A program made the position numbers and the translations under genes. A model generated the notes under the pieces. That model was not told the DNA's origin. It was given only the letters and a program-made list of their open reading frames with translations, and did not search any database. From the human T2T-CHM13v2.0 reference genome, Homo sapiens, in assembly GCF_009914755.1 (NCBI RefSeq), contig NC_060934.1: a stretch of 64,000 bases of DNA; one strand, written 5' to 3'. Of the stretch, positions 47,681 to 64,000 are shown in pieces (within the stretch, counting starts at the first letter, position 1; every line of letters starts with the position of its first letter).

Positions 47681-48353
47681 AAATGAAGCTTCATTGTGTC
47701 CTTTCTGGGCCTGAGTCCTTGACAAAATTCTTTGTTAGGCCCTTGTCATCATCGTTGTCATCATCATCACCATCATCATCATTACTAGCATCTAATGTTT
47801 ACTGAGTCCTTACCATGAGCTGGGGCCTGGGCAAACTGCTTTCCATAGATTGTCTCCTCCTGGTCCAGCTAAATCTGGACTACTGAGTCTAAACCAGAGG
47901 GTCAGTCTCCGGGGCTCTGCTGTGAATGAGGCAGACTCTCAGACCAGCACTGGAATCAGCAGGGAGAAGCCAGGGGTTGGGCATAAAGTTTAGACAGATT
48001 GCTGACAGTTGAGACAGGTTTGGGACAGTTCTCTGACAGAGACTGAAGAGTAATGTTTGGTCATGCGTCCATTTAATAACTATGTAGAAAAGTGCTTGCT
48101 AAGGATAAGGGAACTCTATGCTCAGGAAAGCTTTGAGATCAGAAACAGATCAGTACAGCACTTCGTGACCTTAATATACTGTAAGCTGCTTTTATAGTTA
48201 TGAAATGATATGATACCAGACATTTGCATCCATATGAGCCAGAAAAGGGTGAAAGAAGTGGGTAAGGGCACACACAAAACAAAACTGACTATAAGTCAGT
48301 ATTTTTGAAGCTGGGTAATGAGTAAAAGGAAATTTATTGTATTATTCTCTTTA

Positions 48354-49270
<917 letters not shown>

Positions 49271-49879
49271 ACGAGAGAGAGAGAGAGAGAAACGTACATA
49301 ATGAATAAACAAGCAATCAATCATTTATTTAAAAATTTTAAAAAATAGCCTATCTTAGTTGCGATAAGGACAAACCAAGTCAAATGGTTTTTTTGGGCCA
49401 GTAAGAAAAAGATAGTTATGGGTTCCTAATATCCAGGTGCCTATAAAGGGGACATTCATAGGAGAGTCCCATGAAGACAAATAGTCTGGGGTGGGAGTCC
49501 AGACCTCTTTGGACAGCTGCCCTGGTTCTCTCCTTCCCTTTGCTGCCCCTTCTCAGGGTTGTTCCTCTCAAAATATGTTTCTTGATGCATGAATGACATT
49601 GCATTTAATTTAAGAGGCAATTCTCTGATAAGAAAGTCCTGCCTTTTCCCCACTTCCTGCCCCAACCTGCTCCCAGACCTCCTGGGGTTATAGCCTGGCT
49701 ATCTGGATTTCTCCCTGCCTACTAATTTGCTTGTCATCAAAGATCCTTCCCACTGAAAGCCCCCCTTGATTTTTTTCCTGGTACCTGCTTCTGGGGCCTC
49801 CCTCAATGACCTGCCCTGCCCTGAAGTTCTGTCCAGCTGCCAGCTCTCATCCACCCCCAAACCAGTCCCATGCTAAACT

Positions 49880-50349
49880 CTTCCTTTTGCCTTTCTAGAG
49901 GCACTCTCCATCCTTTCCCAGCCCTCTCTGGACCTGGGAGATGAACACAAATGGACTGCATCAAAGGCTCTCTTGTCCTCTGGCTTCTGTTTGTGTTTAA
50001 CCAAAAGGAGATATCAGAAGATTAAAGAGCAGGAGGATGCTGGTATATGATTCTTCCAGATCCCTCCCTGCTGGGCTGCCATGAAAGGGCTACATCCCTT
50101 TTTGAATGCCATAGCTATGGTCAAGTGGTCCTTTCCCCACAGCCACCTTCTCAGGGTCTTGGTAACTATGCCCTTCCCTTGGCCCTTGGGGCCTAGGAGT
50201 AATATGGTTGTCTGCTGTTGCTAGCTGAGGGGTATGCACTAGCCCTTGTTGGTCTCCCTTCACTCTGTCCACACCTTTGCAAATAGGTCCTTAATTAAAC
50301 CCTTCTGAAATTAATCAAGTCTACATATGCCAGGACTGTGACTGATACA
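49880..50349 (+). mobile_element. LTR33-like (ERVL) LTR
   Basis: ATGGACTGCATCAAAGGCTCTCTTGTCCTCTGGCTTC...GGTAACTATGCCCTTCCCTTG...CACACCTTTGCAAATAGG...GACTGATACA. Confidence 0.7.
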
Positions 50350-51019
50350 AATCCATACTATTGTCAAAAGAGCCCTAGTTAGTATCTATTTTTATGTCTT
50401 GTTTCCTTCACATAATGGAAAGCTTCTTGAAGGCAAGGCCCATCTCTTATCTGCAGAGTGATAGACACAAGGAAAATAGTGAGTTTTTAACACTGACTCT
50501 TAGAAGTAATCCTGACCTCGATCACCTCTTCCTCAAAAGGCATTTTTTAGGAGGGAAGGGGTATCCAACGAAATATAGCTGCAGACGATGTAAATGTCTG
50601 GGAAATTAAAGCAGCCAGATAAAGGAAATCACCAGCTTGAAGACATGGTAGTGGGGGAGTCTGGACAAATGCCAGTTAAAGATAAAACAACCTGTTCAAA
50701 CTTTGACTAAACTATACAAAATAAAGTATGTTAAACAATGTTGGTCAAAAAGTGTCTAAGAAATCCAGGCACAGAAAGCAAGGGAAAGATAGCTTTGTCA
50801 GCACTGAAGACTAAAAACTGATTAATCTCCCAACCTGGGAAACATATGTAGCAAATATATGAAGTATATCTTTATAACCAAGGTGAATACTCTTTTTGTT
50901 TGTTTAGACATGAATTCCTGCTTTGGATACATGTGTTAATAAATAAAAAACTGTCACTGCATTTAAGATCTGGAGTTAGACTACCTGTAAAAGAACCCTG
51001 GTTCCATAAGATATTACAG

Positions 51020-51417
51020 AAATGATGGAAGGTGACGCCCAAGGCTAGGTTATACAAGGTACTGGGGCTTCTGCCTTAGTCTGGGAAAAATTAGCCACCA
51101 TGTTGTGAGGTCCCATAAGCAGCCCTATGGAGAGGTTCACATGACAAGGAAATAAAGTATTCTGCGATCAGTCACCCCCAAATTGCCAGCCACATGAGTG
51201 AGCCATATTGGAAGGAGATCCTCCAGCCCCAGTTAAACCTTCAGATGGCTAGAGCCCTGGCCAACACTGACTCCAATCTTGTGAGACACTGGGTAGAACA
51301 TTCAGCTAAATTGTTCCTTAATTTCTAATGCATGTCAGATTTAAAAAGATGCTTATTATTGTTTTAAGCTGTTAATTTTCAGGGTTATTTGTTATGCAAC
51401 AATAGATAACTAATACA
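51020..51417 (+). mobile_element. MLT1F-like MaLR LTR
   Basis: GCCAGCCACATGAGTGAGCCAT...CCTCCAGCCCCAGTTAAACCTTCAGATG...GCAACAATAGATAACTAATACA. Confidence 0.8.
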
Positions 51418-51429
51418 GATGCATACCCT

Positions 51430-52075
<646 letters not shown>

Positions 52076-52077
52076 TA

Positions 52078-53728
<1,651 letters not shown>

Positions 53729-54458
53729 TTGGCCACACATTTCTTAATAATAGGCTGCCACACTAAAAACAAACAAAACAGGTGCTCACGCCTATGAAGA
53801 CAAAGTGTTAACAAAGAAATAGTAAACAAAGTGTAATTAGTCTTTATCCTTTACAGTTCAGTTCAAATATTATTGCTTTTGTCTTTTTCTATTTCCCAAG
53901 CAGAGCTAGTTAACATCCTATTGGATGCTACCATAGCATTTCCCACACTCTTCACTCATAGCGATAATCACAATACATTGTAGTCTTGGTTTTTTTTTTT
54001 TTCTTCCAAGTTTTCTCATAGACAGTGAGGAAGGAAATGTCTCTTGTTTCTCTGTGTACCCTTCATGGCAGAGAGTTAATCATTACAATAATAATGGTTA
54101 ACACTTACTGAGTTCTTAGTATGTACCAATGCTCTAAGTGTGTTATGTTTATAAATTGATTTCATTCTTAGAGCAATCCTATGAAGAAGTTACTGTGATA
54201 ATCATTATTTTACAGATAAGGAAAATGACACACAGGAATAGAAGTCAGATTTGAACCTAAGTAGTCTGCCTCCAGAGCCCAATGCTGTTAAACACTGTGG
54301 TATATTGTACTGTATAAAATAAGTTTGTAGTGAATGGATAAATGAACGATGACTCATAATTACTCGTTTTATTACTTAAAGTCACCTAGGGCATGAACAG
54401 AGTTATATTTGAGTTCCAATATACGATTAATAATATTTTGGACAGCCTTGGTTTAGAA

Positions 54459-54680
54459 CAGGGTTTCTCAACTTCAGGGTTATTGACATTTTGGGCTGGA
54501 CAATTCTTTGTTGTGGGGGGCTGTCCTGTGCATCATAAGATGTTCGGCAGCATCTCTGGTCTTTACCCACTAGATGCCAGTAGCAGCTCCCATTGTCCCT
54601 AGTTGTGACAACCAGAAATATCTCTAGACATTGCTATATGTCTTCCAGGGAACAAAATTGCCCCCAGTTGAGAATTACTA
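54459..54680. mobile_element. MER20 (hAT-Charlie) DNA transposon, near full length
   Basis: CAGGGTTTCTCAAC...TTGACATTTTGGGCTGGACAATTCTTTGTTGTGGGGG...TACCCACTAGATGCCAGTAGCA...CCAGTTGAGAA. Confidence 0.9.
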
Positions 54681-54685
54681 TCTAG

Positions 54686-56880
<2,195 letters not shown>

Positions 56881-56929
56881 AAGGGACTACCTTAACCTTT
56901 CTCTGCCAATTCTAAACTTAACTTTATTT

Positions 56930-60570
<3,641 letters not shown>

Positions 60571-60685
60571 GTGAATAAGATAGTTTAAAATGGAGATTTT
60601 TTCCTATAAGTCAAAAAGTATTTTCCTAGTTCATTTATTTTATAAATTCAGATATTTTGTACAAGGCTGTCACAATCTAACTCAC

Positions 60686-60986
60686 TTTTTTTTTTTTTTT
60701 TTTTAGACAGAGTCTCGTTCTGTTGCCCAGCCTGGAGTGCAGTAGCGTGATCTCGGCTCACTGCAACTTCCGCCTCCCGGGTTCAAGCAATTCTCATGCC
60801 TCAGCCTGCCGAGTAGCTTGAATTACAGGCGCGTGCCACCAGGCCCGTCTAATTTTTGTATTTTTAGTAGAGACGGGGGTTTCTCCATGTTGGCCAGGCT
60901 CGTCTCGAACTCCTGACCTCAAGTGATCCACCCGCCTTAGCCTCCCACAGTGCTGGGATTACAAGCGTCAGTCACCGCGCCTGGCC
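60686..60986 (-). mobile_element. Alu SINE (AluSx-like)
   Basis: Full reverse dimer; flanks TAA(C/A)TCACTTTT. Confidence 0.95.
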
Positions 60987-61689
60987 CTAAATCACTTTTG
61001 TTGTTGTTGTTGTTGTTATACTGTTCTTTTTCATTGCTAAGTAATATTCCACTGTGCTACATATGGAATATGCTACAATGTGTTCATACAACCACCTGCT
61101 GAGGGGCATTTGGGTGTGTGTCAGTTTTTTAGGCTGTATAACCAATTATCACAAACATAGCAGCTTAAAACAACCTAAATCACTTTTAACCAAACCCTAG
61201 AGTTTTCTCCTCCTAAGGTAGACCCAATTTCCAAAATAAACCCATACTGTACCTTTTCAGGCCAAAGAAAATATTTATATGCTTTATTTGCTGGAGGCCA
61301 TTATATTCCACCGTTGAAGGACTTTTGTTAAGTACCTGTTTGACCCTTAGTGCAGGGCTTACATCCCACAGTTAGCAATAGCAAGTTATGTGCTTTTTGA
61401 GCTCTAAACACTGAGAATTTCTTGAACCGAGTTCTATTCGGCCCTGACTTGCTGTGGGGGAGAAAAGATTCCTCGGGAGAAGTGTGGGTGGCGATGGCTT
61501 AGGAGGACCTTGAAATTCCGCATTTGTCTGTGAGCTGCTGCCAGGTGCCCATTGGCCCAGCTACTCTGGGTCGCAAACCTGCAGATGCCAGATACATGAA
61601 ATTTGGGGACGTTCAGCTTCCTAAAACCACAGTTAGGCAGGTCCTAGGACCCGTGATTCTTGCCACAGTTTTTCTTAGTATTTGGGCTA

Positions 61690-62640
61690 CAAGTGAGGCA
61701 TTGGCCGCCATCTTGATATCAAATGCCAGGCAAGCCGCTACTGGCGTCGCTCGGTAACCACGGAGACACCCGTGCCCCTCCCGTTTCTCATCCTTAGAGG
61801 CTGTAAACTACAATTCCCATCAGCCGATTTCCTCTGCGTAATGGCAACTTATCTAAATCTGGCTTGTGGGCAACCGCAACGCTGCCGCAGTGAACTGTGG
61901 GAGTTGCGGTTCACGGCGTAGCCTCAGTTTTTTTCCTGGGGGAAGTTCCAGAACTACAAATCCCGTGAGCCAGTGGGCTTTCGCCTGCGCACGGAGAAGC
62001 CGATTCTCCTTGGCCCCTCAGCCTGCGCCTGAGAGGTAAGAGAGGGCGGGGGGAAGGAAGAGGAGGCGGGATCCGGGCGCTGCGTTGGCTGCGGCCTGGC
62101 ACCAAAGGGGCGGCCCCGGCGGAGAGCGGACCCAGTGGCCTCGGCGATTATGGACCCGGCCGAGGCGGTGCTGCAAGAGAAGGCACTCAAGTTTATGGTG
62201 AGGAGACGGTGGAGGCCGGGGAACGGTGGAGGCGCTGGCGTTGGCGGCGTCGCTGGCCTGGGCCGCCCGCCCACTGCGGGACCGGGCAGCGGGACCCTGG
62301 GCCGAGGCTGGCGGCGGAGCGGCTGGAGGGATGGGATGGGAGCTCCAGAAAGGAGGCTGGGGGTTGCGGAGCGGACCCAGGGGTGGGGGCAGCGGCTCCG
62401 CCATCTTGTGGATGAGAGGCCAAGTGACAGCGGGAGCTTAATCGAGGAGGGGGCTCCAGGCGGCGCGCGGGGCCCTGGAGGGAAAGGGGCGTGGGGACTG
62501 TTACTGAAAAGCGGAGGAAGCTCTCTGGAGAAACGCCGTGAGGCCGCTGGCGGGGCCTTCCTGGTGTCAGGGTTACCGGTAAGGCCCGGGAGAGGAGGTG
62601 CATTCACGACTGGGGAAGGGAGCGCGGGATAGAGTGAAGA
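61690..62640 (+). promoter_or_regulatory. BTRC: BTRC CpG-island promoter, 5' UTR and start of intron 1
   Basis: CpG island around the ATG; ACTACAnnTCCC motifs at 61807-61819, 61953-61965 and a reverse variant at 61898-61910; YY1-type GCCGCCATCTTG at 61704-61715; RFX-like GTAACCACGGAGAC at 61754-61767; GC boxes; no TATA box. Confidence 0.9.
62150..62197 (+). CDS. BTRC: beta-TrCP1 (F-box/WD repeat protein 1A), first coding exon (16 codons); the gene continues beyond the window
   Basis: Translation MDPAEAVLQEKALKFM matches the recalled N-terminus of human beta-TrCP1; strong Kozak context (A at -3, G at +4); phase-0 donor ATG|GTGAGG at 62198. Confidence 0.97.
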
Positions 62641-64000
62641 CAGATACGGTGGGTAGAGGGGAACGGGCAGGGCTGGATGCAGATGGATTTAAGGGTGGAG
62701 GAGGGAACGCTAGGGCTGGTGAGAGGCTTATAGTTTTGTAGAATGAGGAGGGAGGATAGCCTTTGCCTTGAGGGTGGAATCCCAGCTTGGCCAAACTACT
62801 GTTGACAAACTCTGGAAGGGAAGAGGCCTCACTAAAGAAGATAAGGACTGGGAATGAGGACCTAGGGCTATAATGACAGTCCCTGGGAGGGGAAAAGGGT
62901 GTTGACTGTAAGCTAGAATTACAAATGTCAGGGAGGGGTACATAACGCTACTTTGAAAGGAGAAGCTAAATACTGTAATAAGGACAAGGTGATGAAAAGT
63001 AAGAGCAGATTGTCAGGGAAACATGGGTACAGGAGATTGGGGCAAAATGAGTATCTAATAGGGTAAGCAAAACAAAATTTAAAGGTAAATTGTGGGACGG
63101 TAAAATGTGGAGGCCAGGTGCTTTGTATCATTTTCTGGGAAAGGAAAGGCCGTGGAGATGAGAGTTGCAAAGACCCATAAGAAGTGATGAGATCAGTTGA
63201 GAAATTTAGGAGATAAAAAGGGTGGAGGTTGGTAGAGGGAAGTAAGTCAGGGATAAGTCAGGATTTGTGGTTACCCGTCAGTTTTAGGTTGAAGCACAGT
63301 GTGAGCAAAGATTGGATTTTGTGGGTGTGCTTAAACCCCTTGGAACATATTTCTTTAACTTTGTATCACGCTTTTCTTTTTGCTGTGCTTATCTTTGGCA
63401 AACTCGTATAGTCTGATATTTGATGCTTTTAATCTGATGCTTTTTGTATTTCCTAGGTGTAAAACCAGACTTTGTGGTTACAACTAAAGAATGATGGAAT
63501 GCATAGATTTTAAGCTTAACAGGTGGCCTTAGGGACATTGATATTATTTGCAGTCCAGTCTTGCTTTTTCAGAAGTTATTGTGACTTGTCACTCCAAATC
63601 TTACTCCTTTGCTTAAAAAAATAGCTATTTTGTATCTTTGCCTAAAATACCGTAACAAATCCAGATAAACATGGATACTAACAAAATTGAATTTTAGACT
63701 TTAAACTGCCCCATTTATAAGAATACTTTTTTGGAATCTAGTCAAATTCACTAAAACTTTATCTTGCATTAGTGTTTTCGAAAACACCTAATTAAAATTC
63801 AGGGGTATCATTAACAAAATTTCATTGAGCCTGAAGAAGGTTCTTGGATTTCTGCCCAACATTAAAATTCTAAATATGAAGAAGAGACCTTGAACTTTTA
63901 CTGGACTTTAGAAGTAAGTGAAAGTTACTACACTTAAGTTAGAAAACTGTTACTGCTTATTTTTGTTTTCCTACTTAGAGGGTTGACTCCTTTTTTTCTT

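Noticed and set aside
61954-62607. 217-aa minus-strand ORF and other ORFs over the BTRC island
   Set aside because: Pro/Arg/Ala-rich stop-poor frames are expected in CpG islands; no recognisable domain.
62135-62632. 165-aa ORF containing the BTRC N-terminus
   Set aside because: Only the 16 codons from ATG 62150 are exonic; the rest is read-through past the GT donor into GC-rich intron 1.

Overview
This is primate (almost certainly human) genomic DNA, mostly intergenic. The only protein-coding feature is the first coding exon of BTRC (beta-TrCP1/FBXW1A; MDPAEAVLQEKALKFM, 62150-62197, then a GT donor) with its CpG-island promoter near the right end. From recalled human gene order this places the window in 10q24.3 between LBX1 and BTRC (the SHFM3 locus); LBX1 itself is not in the window. 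The left ~41 kb is comparatively Alu-poor. It holds an orphan CpG island (1-960), several repeat-free segments rich in CpG and homeodomain motifs that look like developmental enhancers, a full-length U2 snRNA retro-pseudogene with target-site duplication (TSD), a palindromic MER53 MITE and a complete THE1A MaLR provirus. The 41.4-61 kb segment is very Alu-dense (~33 Alu/FLAM pieces by my count), with nested and inverted copies and a perfect 89-bp tandem duplication. Nearly all ORFs in the track are Alu, LTR or microsatellite artefacts. I see no novel protein-coding system; the best leads are regulatory or structural. Repeat subfamily names come from recalled consensus sequences and need RepeatMasker/Dfam confirmation.
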